Shown here: one piece after another, positions 51,701-63,104 of the stretch | Layout: each line of letters starts with the position of its first letter | Position numbering within the stretch: the stretch's first letter is position 1 | From: Antedon mediterranea | Taxonomy: Eukaryota > Animalia > Echinodermata | Length of the DNA: 64,000 nt | Assembly (NCBI RefSeq): GCF_964355755.1 | Contig: NC_092676.1 | Coordinates: 29,530,871 to 29,594,870, forward strand | Direction: 5' to 3' | Position numbers and translations under genes: made by a program | The notes under the pieces: model-generated | The model's database searches: none | What the model was told of the DNA's origin: nothing | What the model saw: only the letters and a program-made list of their open reading frames with translations

Positions 51701-53329
51701 GATTTCCACGATGGATTTGAGAGTAGTAAGACGCATTGGAAATTGGGCGGCGGCGATACTACTCAACATATTGTAAATGTTTTTAATAAGGAGAAACAAA
51801 TTGTCTTTCCGTATCCTGGATTGAAAATAAACGAACGAAACCAGGTTTTTGAAATGCCAGAACAAACAATGTGTAGTGAGGAGCTTACAGAATCGTTGAA
51901 AATGTTTGACAAAGACGTAAATGAGAAGAAGTTAACATACGTTTCAATGTCGACGAAAGCGGAGGATGAGTATGTGTTAGAGGACGAAGGTTTAACAAAT
52001 GATGTGTTTGCTTTGTGTGTGTCTAGTGAATACAAGGACTCCATATCGCAACGATGTGTCTGTATCTCTAACATCCTCAGGAGTTTGTCCTTCATTCCTG
52101 GTAATGACATTGAACTTGTGAGACATACTGGCTTTTTGCTAGTCATTGGCCGTCTATTACTCATGAGCCATTGCCATCCAGAACGAAAGATTAAAAAGCG
52201 CTCACCAATCATCATTGAGGAAGAGACTAGTTCTCTTGTTGTCGAGGAGGATAAATCTCCTAAAAGCACTGAGGATTGTTCCTCCAAAATGGAAGTAGAT
52301 AGTTGCTCGCAGAAATCGGAAGAGGAGGAATACTCCTCGAAAGAAGACGAGATAAGTTCATCAAAAGAAGAAAATGAGAAATATTCCACAAAAGAAAAAG
52401 AGGAGAAAATATCCTTACAACAAGGGAAAGAGAATTCAGAAGAGGAAAATTGTCTCTCGGAACCGGAAAAAGAGAACTGTAACAAATCTGTGGATAACGA
52501 TTCCTCTAAATCGGACAAAGAAGACTGTGTTTCTAATCCTCAGAATATTTCTTCAAGTTTTGAAGAAAATGTTAATACTACGGAAAAAGATAGTATTGAC
52601 GATTGCCCGTACTCAAACAAGCATCAACAATCATGGGAATGTTTGAATCAGCTGCGAGAGAACGCCCTCGTAATTTTGAGCAACATTTGTGGTCATTTAG
52701 ATTTGTCAATTTACCCAGAGAAAATATGCATGCCGATTCTGGATGGCTTACTGCATTGGGTAGTTTGCCCGTCTTCGTACGCCGTTGACCCGTTTCCAGC
52801 ACTTGCGGCCACTTCCCCGCTTTCACCAAAGCGTCTTGCTCTAGAAACACTTGCAAAACTCACTCTGCAGGACAAGAACGTTGATATGCTACTCGCTACT
52901 CCGCCATTTTCACGAATAGAGAAGCTTTTCTCAAACCTGGTACAGTACTTGGTGGATCGCAAAAACCCAGTTGTGCGTGAATTTTCTGTCGTTCTTCTTT
53001 CAAACTTGGCTAATGGAAGTAGTATTGCCGGTCGGGCTATCGCGTGTCAAACCGCAAGTATTTCAAATTTAATTTCTTTTATAGAGGACATAGAAATAGC
53101 TAATAATCCCATGAATGCTCGCGACATGGTTGAACCAGATAAAGATATGATGCGTCGTGCTGCTTACGCATTGTCTGCTCTTGCCAAGGTTCCAGAGAAC
53201 CGCCCTCTATTTATCCAGTACCAATCGCGACTTCTGAACATAGCTATTGCTTCTCCGACGTTAAGCAACATCCCTCCAATTGTACAGCAGTACATATCGG
53301 ATGTACTGTTTGAGATTTCGTCATCATGA
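21719..53329 (+). CDS. ARID1: AT-rich interactive domain protein 1 (ARID1A/ARID1B/osa, BAF250 subunit of SWI/SNF)
   Basis: 16 phase-compatible exons: 21719-22639, 32817-33014, 34775-34858, 40998-41223, 43225-43326, 43691-43894, 44653-45828, 46142-46293, 46855-46992, 47598-47774, 48023-48215, 48592-49063, 49317-49530, 49814-50042, 50484-50960, 51216-53329. LxxLL PTLSQLL; ARID domain [47 protein letters not shown]; [24 protein letters not shown]; C-terminal BAF250 domain [36 protein letters not shown]. Confidence 0.96.
23504..24797. mobile_element. pogo/Tigger-like non-autonomous DNA transposon in ARID1 intron 1
   Basis: TIR CAGTCAACTCTCCCAATACCGGAC / GTCCGGTATTGGGAGAGTTGACTG with TA duplication. 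Confidence 0.9.
27500..27679. repeat. ~43-bp minisatellite (continues at 30084-30181)
   Basis: Unit AGTTGGTTATTTTAAGGCATTTTACCAGCTAATTGTTTTCCATTC; about 4 copies on the left and 2 on the right of a 2.4-kb insertion. Confidence 0.8.
27680..30083. mobile_element. Degenerate TIR element splitting the 43-bp minisatellite
   Basis: GTTTATACAACACCCTA near the left end and TAGCGTGTTGTATAAAC near the right end; the minisatellite resumes in register on either side. Confidence 0.55.
27874..29640. mobile_element. Kolobok-like non-autonomous element
   Basis: TTAA duplication at 27870-27873 and 29641-29644; TIR AGGGGGATTCTGGGTTTAAAAT / ATTTTAAACCCGGAACCTCCCT; purine-purine start argues against piggyBac. 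Confidence 0.75.
32321..32495. repeat. 28-bp minisatellite (~6 copies)
   Basis: Unit AGCAGAGTGTAAGGCATTCAGGACTAAT. Confidence 0.9.
33191..33480. repeat. 19-bp minisatellite (~15 copies)
   Basis: Unit TAGTGCCTTGCGTTCTCAC, diverging toward the 3' end. Confidence 0.92.
39572..39756. mobile_element. Short MITE of the CAGTCAACTCTCCCAATAC family
   Basis: Same TIR as 23504-24797. Confidence 0.8.
40784..40932. mobile_element. Diverged MITE of the CAGTCAACTCTCCCAATAC family
   Basis: TA-CAGTCAACTTTCTCAATAC ... ATTGGGAGAGTTGATTG-TA. Confidence 0.75.
41305..41472. mobile_element. Diverged MITE of the CAGTCAACTCTCCCAATAC family
   Basis: CAGTCGAATCTCCCAATAC ... GTATTGGAAGAATTGACTG-TA. Confidence 0.75.
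44086..44171. repeat. 23-bp tandem repeat (~3.7 copies)
   Basis: Unit TGATTTATCGGGTGCAATATAAC. Confidence 0.9.
44709..45190 (+). repeat. Coding 30-nt minisatellite in ARID1 exon 7 (MPGGPNM[AP]S[NS])
   Basis: 13 MPGGPNM units followed by two [12 protein letters not shown] units. Confidence 0.92.
45615..45735 (+). repeat. Coding 15-nt minisatellite in ARID1 exon 7 (GGVPP)
   Basis: Unit CCACCGGGAGGCGTT; 6 GGVPP plus flanking PPGG variants. Confidence 0.92.
46299..46725. mobile_element. Two AGCTCTGTCTACAC-family MITEs in ARID1 intron 8 (46299-46439, 46567-46725)
   Basis: TIR AGCTCTGTCTACAC / GTGTAGACAGAGCT; internal ATATCACTACCATATTTGGGC repeats. Confidence 0.8.
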
Positions 53330-54819
53330 CGTACACAGTGAATGATTGAAGTATAATTTATTGCGATGTCCAAATCGGTTATTGAAGCAAGTGGAATACC
53401 TCAAACACTACTTTTGTCTTTGTACGTGCGTGTGTGGCGCAACCTGTTTATTGCGATGAATCTATTGTTGTTTAAACAAGTGGTGTTTCCATCTCTTGTT
53501 CTTACTAGTTTGGAATATGCGACGTGAATACCAAGACAAATCATCTCGAATAGCTCAACTAAAATGGTGCTTTTATTTTCTTCAATATATAGCTTAAATA
53601 TATTTGAACTTTCTATGCTGATTGCTAAAGTAACGATACACAAATTTGTTATTTTTGTCTCAAGCCTTGAATGAATTATGACATTTTATTATCCCAAAAT
53701 GTTTGTAAACATACTGAAGAATTATTGTTTGTTAAACAGTCGGAATATAGACACAGAATGTGTTTTACGTTTTTACGAACTTGTTGATTTTTCAAGGTGT
53801 CTGGTTGTGGCGGGGGCGACTGTATCATTTGTGTTTTTACTTCTCCCGAATTAGTGAATTTTGTGGTTTAAACCTATTTTCATACTTTGTAAGCATTTTT
53901 CTTTTAAAAATATTTATTCAATGAAAGAAATCATGTATAATGCAAATTTGAATTTGAGAAAAATTGTTGTAAAAATGAATTTGGATTCAACAAATGGAAT
54001 TGAGGTGGACGACCTCATGATCCTGAGAGTATTTAATAATAAAATGTGTATCTGTCTATGAAATTTGCATATTTAATGAAATGGCCAACATCGAGTGCTT
54101 TCTTACATATAAATGGCCAAGTAGTACGTTTAAAATAGACAGAGTTAATATTTAAATTTACTAGGCTATATATTGTCCTACAACAAAAGGAATTTTCCTA
54201 GTAAAATACTGCTAATATTTTGTATTTGATATAAAAAGTGGTAGGATTTTAAAAATGTATGAATTGGCTTCCAAAAGTAGACAGCTGATATACGACGTTT
54301 GGTAGCTTACAATGCTGTCGCCGCAGACTAAAATATCAAAAACATTGAACATTGATCCTACTTGTATAGTGCAAAGATTAGATAACACACCAAAGAAAAT
54401 AAACACTGGTTAAAACAACCTACTGTCACGCTGGCCTACTATCTACTGCTCATAATCTTGTACGTTATTTTTGTTGATATGTTATTTACGTGTAGGTATT
54501 TCCTGCAATGGGGTTATTACAGGAGTGTAATGATTTAAATAAAGTTCTACTTTTTCTTATTTTATAAGCTGTGTTATCGTTAATGCTCTAATGTGAAGCA
54601 GCAATGTAGCATGATGAGCAACTCAATTCAAATACTATTTGTTATTGTTTTACAATGTATACCACCTGTAGAGATTGTCTAGGTTCCTTTGTTATCTATC
54701 GTCATGTTGCAAAAAGGTTTATATAAGTCTGGAATGTAAATAAAAACCAATCCTTCACGACTTGTAAAATCTGCTTCTTGTTTTTTTTTAAGTTCAAAAA
54801 TATGTTAACTAATATTCTA

Positions 54820-56995
54820 TAAGATTATGGTAACACAATATATACGCATATAGCAATATTATCGCATAACTGAATTTAAAAAAAAATCCCTGTACTATAC
54901 TTACAAACACTCTATAAGACGATGGTATATAGAAATGTTATCACTGAATTTAAAAAGTCGATATTTTGCCATTTTTGAAAAAAACCCAGGGATTTATTGC
55001 AAAAATGACCAAATTTCGACCCTTTTCTTTTTCGACAAAACTGGTTCCAAACACTATAAGATGATAAGATGATGGTAACGCAATATATACGCATATATAG
55101 AATATTATCGCATAACTGAATTTTAAAAAGTCGATATTTTGGCCAGTTTTGAAAAAATCCCAGGGAATTTTTCCAAAAATAGCAAAATTTCATAATTGAC
55201 ATGCGCAGAACCCATTATTCGACTCTGTGCATGTTTATTATGCTATAGTAACCATTTATGGCTAAAAATAATTTTCGACCATTTAATTTTTTGACATAAC
55301 TGGTTACTATAGCATAATTTACATGCGCAGAACCCATTTTTTGACTCTGCGTATGTTTATTATGCTATAGTAACCATTTATGTCTAAAAATAAAGGGAAA
55401 AAATCCCTGTACTATAGTACAGGGAAATTTTCGAAAAATTACCAATTTTCGACCATTTTATTTTTCGATATAACTGGTTACTATAGCATAATTGACATGC
55501 GCAGAACCCATTATTCGACTCAGCGCATGTTTATTATGCTATAGTAACCATTTATGTCTAAAAATAAAGGGAAAAAATCCCTGTACTATAGTACAGGGAA
55601 ATTTTCGAAAAATTACCAATTTTCGACCATTTTATTTTTCGATATAACTGGTTACTATAGCATAATTGACATGCGCAGAACCCATTATTCGACTCAGCGC
55701 ATGTTTATTATGCTATAGTAACCATTTATGTCTAAAAATAATTTTCGACCATTTTATTTTTTGACATAACTGGTTACTATAGCATAATTGACATGCGATA
55801 AAACTGATTACTATAGCACAATTGACATGCGCAGAACCCATTATTCGACTCTGCGTATGTTTATTATGCTATAGTAACCATTTATGTCAAAAAATAAAAG
55901 GGTCGAAACGGCCATTTCCCTGTACTATAGTTCAGGGATATTTTTTACAAAAATGGCAAATTTTTGACCTTTTTATTTTTCGATATAACTGGTTACTATA
56001 GCATAATTGACATGCGCAGAACCCATTATTCGACTCTGCGCATGTTTATTATGCTATAGTAACCATTTATGTCTAAAAATAATTTTTGACCTTTTTTTTT
56101 TTGACATAACTGGTTACTATAGCATAATTGACATGCGCATAACCCATTATTCGACTCTGCGCATGTTTATTATGCTATAGTAACCATTTATGTCTAAAAA
56201 TAAAAGGGTCGAAAATTGGTGATTTTTCGAAAATTTTCCTGTACTATAGTACAGGGATTTTTTCCAAAAATGGCAAATTTTTGACCTTTTTATTTTTCGA
56301 TATAACTGGTTACTATAGCATAATTGACATGCGCAGAATCCATTATTCGACTCTGCGCATGTTTATTATGCTATAATAACCATTTATGTCTAAAAATAAT
56401 TTTCGACCATTTTATTTTTTGACATAACTGGTTACTATAGCATATTGACATGCGCAGAACCCATTATTCAACTCTGCGCATGTTTATTATGCTATAGTAA
56501 CCATTTATGTCTAAATATAAAAGGGTCGAAAATTGGTCATTTTTCGAAAATTTCCCTGTACTATAGTACAGAGATTTTTTCCAAAAATGGCAAATTTTCG
56601 ACCTTTTTATTTTTCGATATAACTGGTTACTATCGCATAATTGTCATGCGCAGAACCCATTATTCAACTCTGCGCATGTTTATTATGCTATAGTAACCAT
56701 TTATGTCTAAAAATAAAAGGGTCGAAAATTTGTCATTTTTTGAAAATTTCCCTGTACTATAGTACAGGGATTTTTTCCAAAAATGGCCAAATTTCGACCT
56801 TTTTATTTTTCGATATAACTGGTTACTATAGCATAATTGACATGCGCAGAACACATTATTTGACTCTGCGCATGTTTATTATGCTATAGTAACCATTTAT
56901 GTGTAAAAATAATTTGCGACCATTTTATTTTTTGACATAACTGGTTACTATAGCACAATTGACATGCGCAGAACCCATTATTTGACTCTGCGCAC
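54820..56995. repeat. Palindromic satellite array with 121-196 bp units
   Basis: (G)ACATGCGCA-type cores at 55198, 55320, 55494, 55668, 55824, 56009, 56130, 56326, 56447, 56643, 56839 and 56961; related degenerate sequence at 54820-55190 and 57355-57610. Confidence 0.92.
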
Positions 56996-58618
56996 GCCCC
57001 CTATAAATATGGAGAAAAGAAAATTATCCTACCATAAGGAAAAAGAAATGTTAAAAAAGCGTAAAAAAGTACTTTCACTTTTGATTAAAACACATTGTTT
57101 CAGCGCCGTGCTAATTTACTTTTTATTAGAGGTCACCACCATAAATTTCTACGCATTTTGGTGCCTGGATGTAACATGATGTGGTTACCTACACATCATC
57201 ATCATAGAGGATAATAATGTTAATAATAATATAGTACACTAACTGTGGTAGGCTACTGTAGTATACATTAGCAATCGATTTTTTTTCCTAGGCCACCCAC
57301 CCAAATGTATCAATACCTATTTGCTTCCCCTAGATGTACGTTCGTATGTATGTATTTTTTCCAAAAATGACCAAATTTCGAACCTTTTCTTTTTCGACAA
57401 AACTGGTTACAAACACTCTATAAAATGATGTTATAATATATATACGCATATATAGCAATATTATCGCATATATAGCAATATTATCGCATATATAGCAATA
57501 TTATCGCATAATAACTGAATTTTAAAAAGCCGATATTTTGGCCATTTTTGAAAAAATTCCTGAACTATATATAGTCCTACTATTAACACTATAAGACGTT
57601 GGTAACGCAATATATAATGCAGTATATATATACATATATAGTACAGAGTTTTTTTTTGATAATGTGCCCTGTACATGTTACTGAATAATTAATTCTATAA
57701 TTCGATAGTTTAGGTTTATTCAATATGATAATCTTATGACGTCATAGAACCACTCAGTTAAAAAAAAGAAAATCTTTATACTGTATATAATTTTGTTTTG
57801 TTTTTGTGTGTGGATTTTTTTTCGCGTGGACCGTTTTTTTTTTGCGTTTTATTTTGAGAGAGCGTTTCGCGTTTTTTATTTTTGCTGAAAGAAGAACTTA
57901 ACTACCCGGTTAGTGAAAGAATTGAACCACATACCTTTAAGTTGACACTTAGTCTGCTGCTGCACGACGTTTATCTCGTTGAGCCGTTGAACCCGGGTAC
58001 TAGAGAGAAAACTTTTTAACGTTAAAGTCTATTAAATAGATTTTTTTTTCAAAAAGTCGCTGAATTTCGACCATATTGGAATAGTAATATACATGCAAAT
58101 ATATTTCAAAAATGTTGATTTAATTTAGAGTAATTTTTGTAAAAAACATGGCATTTGTGTAGAAAAATAAACAGGGACAGACATCTGCCAAGTGTGATAT
58201 GCAAATGAGGAGAGATTTTCGTCATAACTTTTTGATGCGCTTTATTCTTGTAGCGGCAAGCATGCGTAGAAGTCTAAATTAATAGGAACGTACTTGATTC
58301 CGACTAGGACGCAACCACGCAGAACGTAAGCGCAACGCAAGTACACGTCTCCCTCCAATTAACGACCCCTCTAGTTAAAAACTACACCAATTAAAGACCG
58401 CTGTACAGTCAGTCCCCTACAGCGATATTTCTTTTCGTACATAAGAAGTTGGGGGGGGGGGGAGGGGACTCCTCATGAAACATGAATAAACATGAATATT
58501 CATTAGTCATATCCAATTATGTGTGACGTAAGTAGCTCCTATTCATTTATCTAAGTACAATTCGCTAATGCAAACGCTTTTTGAATCCCATGATCAACTT
58601 CTTTTTACTTTATAGTAA

Positions 58619-59475
58619 GGGCCCGTTTCTGCTGCCAACCCAAAATATACCGTATAAATATACCGTATATGAAATTCGTGCACCGTTTCCGCTGCACATA
58701 CTTCGTGGGTGGGTTGTAAAAAAGTTGGCTTTCATTACCCAAAATGCATTTCGTGAGACGGAAGTATGGATTGACCTAGAGTCTCGTGTAGTGAGGTTAC
58801 ATGACAGCATTGCTTTCTATTTTAAATCTAATGAGCAGAAGTGGCAACGAATTTACACCGCACATACAAGCACAATCTAGAAATGTCACTATAAATAAAC
58901 TCTGTTATTCAAATTGAGTTTATATTATGCTATATTATCCTATATTGCCGTTTTAATTTCCATTTTCTATTATACAGTATTTTACCATGATTTTACATCA
59001 CGTTGTAAGAACATTCGATTTATTGTAATTAAAATCTCGGTATCTCTTCTGTTGCCATGCAGTCTCCCCCCCCAACCTTCGCTTCCCCCCACAATTGAAT
59101 TGCAAAAATAGTGATTTGTTCGGTCCACAGTGACATTTTGATCTGTTGCTTGCTTTTACACGTGTGTTTCAACTTTCAATGCAGCAGAAAAACCAAAACA
59201 AACGCGTCGCGCTCTGTTAGTTTTTGACCTCGTGTCACGAGTCGGGTCACATTTACGGTATATTTTGAGTGCAGCAGAAATGGGGTACGAAATATACGGT
59301 ATATTTTGGAATATACCGTATAATATCCACAAACGATGGGGATATTTATACGGTATATATACCGCATATATATACGGTATATTTTTTATGAGACCCATTT
59401 CTGCTGCCAAAAAATATACCGTATATAAAATATACCGTATATATACGGTATATTTTTGGCAGCAGAAACGGGGCC
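58619..59475. mobile_element. PIF/Harbinger-like non-autonomous element
   Basis: TIR GGGCCCGTTTCTGCTGCCAA / TTGGCAGCAGAAACGGGGCC; flanks TAA and TCA; internal ATATACCGTAT and GCAGCAGAAA subrepeats. Confidence 0.75.
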
Positions 59476-60083
59476 TCAGAGAATAGATTATTTAGAGGGT
59501 TAGGTTTAGTTAGTTATTTAGGAATTAGTTCAGCTATCTTTTACAAGGAGTCCCCAACTTTTGTACGAACAATTAGATGCTCCCTCCAATTTCCCTCACT
59601 CTTTTTCCACGGGTTGGGAAGACAGAACTAATTATCTTCCTTTTAACTTTCCCTCCAATCAAAGACCACTTCAAACACATTTTTAAATGAATGCATTTAG
59701 AGTAGAACAGGTATTGACAACAAATATTTGTTTGGAAAAATAAACAAAAGACATTGAAACTGTTTTATTTCAAAATTAATTTTTAATATTTCAAATTAAG
59801 GTGTTTGTTTATTTGCACTTGCTTTCACACAATTTGGTTATTTAAGTTATTATCAATATTCAAAATCAATGTTTATTTATTAAAAAAAAACATTATTTAA
59901 AATTTACAATCTTAACTAAAATGGAAGGGATGGAACACTTTATCTATAGCATCATAAAAAATAAACAATGGAAATCCACTTGAAAATTCTTTGACAGAAC
60001 AAAATATATAATATACTTTAAATAAACTAATCTAATATAGAATTTTATCGGTTCAAACATTTAAAAATGTAGAAATTGAACAA

Positions 60084-62666
60084 TTAAAACGGACGGATCG
60101 TAGCAGCTAGGCCTCGGAGTGCCCATCTAGAGGGCGGTATGTTATCATGCCGAACGTCCATAAGGAACACCGGCTCACGAGGGCTTACACGTGTCGGATA
60201 AACAGGACAGGAGAAGGTTTCGTAACGAACTAATTCTGAAGCTGCTGGCTTTTCACTTGCTGGGATACATACAATGTGTATGATTGGAAGAGGTGTAGGA
60301 CCATGTCTTGGAGCGATGTCTTGGAGTTCCGCTGTCGTCTTCTCCCATGTACATCCCCAGATGTAAATGCCGTACACAAACATCCCTTCTTGAGGTGGAT
60401 CACGCACCTAAACAAAATAATTTCATCATATATTCATAAAACAATAATCAGTACAATACACAAATTGGCAATATATAATAACTTAAAATAAGTGATGATA
60501 CGTAGTTGTGTTCAGTAAATAAAGATAGAAATAATAATGGTAGTCTAGCGTCTAATAAAATGTTTACAAGCGCTTTACACACAAAAAATGATCCATAAAA
60601 TATCCTAAGATAACCAAAAAAAAAAAAGCAGAGGAATCATTTACACTGCTCAATTCTCCAGCACATCATACATGATTACAAGGTATCACCTCAATGACGG
60701 ACCCAGGATTTTGAAATAGGTGGGGGTGTTAATTAAGTTTAACCTTTCAGAAATCCCTTGAATTCACCTCCTGCTACTTACATGATCTTTGTCTCTGGCT
60801 GTGATCTCTGTCTGGAAGATGAATGGTTCCATTTGTGCAGCATGCTGTCCATGTGCTCTCATTGCATCCTGCTTCAGTAACGCCAGTAGACTTTTAGGCT
60901 GAAAGAATGCACCGAGCCAGAACGCCGGAAACTTTTCTCTTCCCTGTTGAATAATAAAACAGAGCAGAAAGTATGCTATTACTTTATGCATGGAAACTTT
61001 CTTAAATTGATATACAAAAATAATGTATTATGTTACTAATAATGTATTATGTTACTAATAATGTATTATGTTACTAATAATGTATTATGTTACTAATAAT
61101 GTATTATGTTACTAATAATGTTATTCGGTTAAAAAAAAGTACATTATTTAAAGCAATAAATAGGCTTACAGCAAGAGCTCCATATATTAATTAATATTTA
61201 ATTAATTATAAAAGTTCTTATGAAATAGTTTGTCTACTGACCTGTATAATGATCTTTTCAAGGTGCAGACATCGCTGACCTAGATCTGCCAACCAATGGC
61301 CTAGTTGCCAGGTTGCAGGGGGCGCTGAATCACCTGCCAGGTTTCTCCAAATTAGTGGTATCCGATGATGGAACATGTCGTCTGCAATATCTATCAGTTT
61401 ATCAGAGAACAGATCCCCAAACATCTCAGTTGGATTTTCTGTCAAATTCTTCAGTTTCTAAATAAATATTAAATAGTGTTTAATAAAATGATGAATACAA
61501 ATTCAAACGGATGATGTCAATATTATTCTGCTCACTGCAGTTACTGCAGTAACTACATTGCTTTACTGCAATAACAATTATCCTAGTTTGTTACAATGTT
61601 TAAAGAGTAAAGAACATGCAGTTTCTGCAGTAACTTCAGTAGAATATAAATGGAAAGACATTTTGAAATCATATTAAAGATACCATTCACAAGATAGCAA
61701 TGGCGTACCTGTAATGTTGACCTCATCTCAGCTAACAAAGTAATCATCAAATCAACTTCACGAAGGATGAAGCGATTAAATGGAGTATCACCACCGATTT
61801 TACGAACTCTCTCAGCAATGTAATCCTAAAATACAACATAACAGATGCTTAAAGAAAGATGTATTGTAAGCAAGTACATGCTTTAGTGGGTAACAAATGT
61901 AAACACTTTAGTATAGTTATAAGAACGGCTAAAATGTACTTACTCTGTTCCATCCTCGGGGTAATTTTTGCAGAGCAGTATGGCATACTTCCCAGATCTC
62001 AACATCTTTACGTGATCTAACTGCTGCGGCACTCGCACTTGCATACATACCCATACCAGCTATCGATGATGTCATAGCCTGCCCAGTAACGCTAGAAACG
62101 GCAGGTTCTGTAAAAACGAATATTGAAGAATAACAATTGAATGGACAGAAAGACAGACGTGAAAAGGATGTTTAGTATTAATCACACAATCACACTTATA
62201 TCACTGTCAAAATATTTAAGTTTTGTCTACACTATCAAATTTTATGTGAGAAAAAAAATGTGATGTGCCCATATATGGACATGATGTCATATCACTACCA
62301 TATTTGGGTACATCACACTTTTTTGTCAACTATATGGTAGTGTAAACAGAAACAAAGGTATTAAGTACTGAAAAAGCTATTGCTACTGCTATTGATGGCA
62401 AGACACATATCAAGCTTTTGTTTTTTAGTTAAATTAACTTATGTTTAGTTTGTATACTAGCTTTTGTTAATACTGTACATGTAATGTTTCTATGAATTTG
62501 AAGTCTAAAATAAAGTGAAATGAATTAAAAATATCTCCAAAAATAAAGTACCTGTTGTAGGGGTTGAAGGCCGTTCAAACACATGAGCGAGTGTTTTTGT
62601 TGACGGTACGTTGTCCAAGATTATGTTGAGACGTGTAAATACATACTGATCATCTCCAAGGGTAGT
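60084..62666 (-). CDS. Dynein heavy chain, C-terminal domain (last six exons; gene continues beyond the window)
   Basis: Minus-strand exons 62552-62666, 61944-62107, 61709-61825, 61242-61457, 60782-60943 and 60084-60407 with GT/AG sites and consistent phase. Motifs TPFNRFILREVD, RIPLIW..LGHWLADL, FWLGAFFQPKSLLALLKQ, PPQEGMFVYGIYIWGCTW, FSCPVY, WALRGLA. Axonemal-like; subfamily not assignable by eye. Confidence 0.9.
61021..61121. repeat. 19-bp tandem repeat (~5 copies)
   Basis: Unit TAATGTATTATGTTACTAA. Confidence 0.9.
62222..62350. mobile_element. AGCTCTGTCTACAC-family MITE (degenerate)
   Basis: TGTCTACACTATCAAA..TGTGATGTGCCCATATATGGACATGATGTCATATCACTACC..TAGTGTAAACAGA. Confidence 0.7.
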
Positions 62667-62700
62667 CTGTATTAAATGATGTAAAACAACATACAAGTAA

Positions 62701-62855
62701 AGCTCTGTTTACACTATCAAACTTGTTTGACAAAAAAGTGTGATGTGCCCAAATATGGTAGTGACATGCACAAAGATGGTGATATGACATCATCATGTCC
62801 ATATATGGGCATATCACATTTTTTTGTCAAACTAGTTGATAGTGTGAACAGAGCT
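62701..62855. mobile_element. AGCTCTGTCTACAC-family MITE
   Basis: AGCTCTGTTTACACTATCAA ... TTGATAGTGTGAACAGAGCT; further fragments at 63730-63840 and 63893-64000. Confidence 0.8.
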
Positions 62856-63104
62856 TTAACAACATAAATATACAAACTAGTTTGATAGTGTGAACAGAGC
62901 TTTAACAACATAAATATACAAACTAGTTTGATAGTGTGAACAGAGCTTTAACAACATAAATATACAAACTAGTTTGATAGTGTGAAGAGAGCTTTAACAA
63001 CATAAATATACAAACTAGTTTGATAGTGTGAACAGAGCTTTAACAACATAAATATACAAACTAGTTTGATAGTGTGAACAGAGCTTTAACAACATAAATA
63101 TACA
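62830..63104. repeat. 46-bp tandem repeat (6 copies) made of the MITE right end plus host flank
   Basis: Unit AACTAGTTTGATAGTGTGAACAGAGCTTTAACAACATAAATATACA. Confidence 0.92.

Noticed and set aside
51763-52518. 251-aa antisense ORF
   Set aside because: Ser/Phe-rich mirror of the Glu/Lys-rich ARID1 segment; no independent domain.
55190-56995. CRISPR-like appearance (palindromic repeat with variable-length spacers)
   Set aside because: The spacers are deletion variants of one sequence rather than unique, the units are too long, there are no cas genes, and the context is eukaryotic.
56445-57179. Repeated short ORFs in the satellite
   Set aside because: By-products of tandem repetition; no splice or domain support.
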